Shown here: one piece after another, positions 63,990 through 64,000 of the stretch
How the letters are laid out: the number at the start of each line of letters is the position of its first letter
How positions within the stretch are numbered: position 1 is the first letter of the stretch
Assembly: GCA_963663965.2 (NCBI GenBank)
Contig: CAXXFK010000030.1
Span: 224,001-288,000, forward strand
Reading direction: 5' to 3'
DNA: 64,000 nt
Source of the DNA: Sedimentisphaerales bacterium
GTDB lineage: Bacteria > Planctomycetota > Phycisphaerae > Sedimentisphaerales > SM23-30
Notes under the pieces: generated by a model
Seen by the model: the letters and a program-made list of their open reading frames with translations, nothing else
What the model was told of the DNA's origin: nothing
Databases searched by the model: none
Made by a program: the position numbers and the translations under genes

Positions 63990-64000
63990 AGTGTAACATG

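Noticed and set aside
1..64000. CRISPR array, rRNA, transposase or phage genes
   Set aside because: No regularly spaced repeats or recognisable motifs were found by eye.

Overview
Bacterial chromosomal window, most likely from Planctomycetota (Phycisphaerae/Sedimentisphaerales-like). This is inferred from a PEP-CTERM protein, planctomycete-type dockerin-like repeats, the SecDF fusion and tandem clpP genes. From left to right it holds: (1) a co-oriented, cassette-like accessory array (1-6.1 kb) with short shared attC-like boundary motifs, a PEP-CTERM protein and a GH120-like enzyme with an inserted CBM6; (2) an AT-rich, translationally coupled gene pair encoding an HD phosphohydrolase and a tandem KaiC/RecA-type ATPase fused to a cytoplasmic solute-binding-protein-like domain; (3) housekeeping genes (thiS, thiG, DinG helicase, NfeD/SPFH, LysM, secDF, yajC, a sigma70 factor behind a sigma54 promoter, kdsA, an outer-membrane barrel); (4) a chemosensory operon ending in a REC-HD-GYP gene; (5) apbE, a Tat-exported [NiFe]-hydrogenase, its maturation protease and a 1444-aa DUF2271-like/LVIVD/LamG surface protein with a TGAT flavinylation-type motif; (6) tRNA-Gly, tig, clpP-clpP and a MurNAc recycling cluster, with many frameshifts that look like consensus errors; (7) an AT-rich lipoprotein operon. 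The best candidates for undescribed systems are the HD plus KaiC-SBP pair and the ApbE/hydrogenase/flavoprotein module. All domain calls come from motif recognition by eye, not from database searches.
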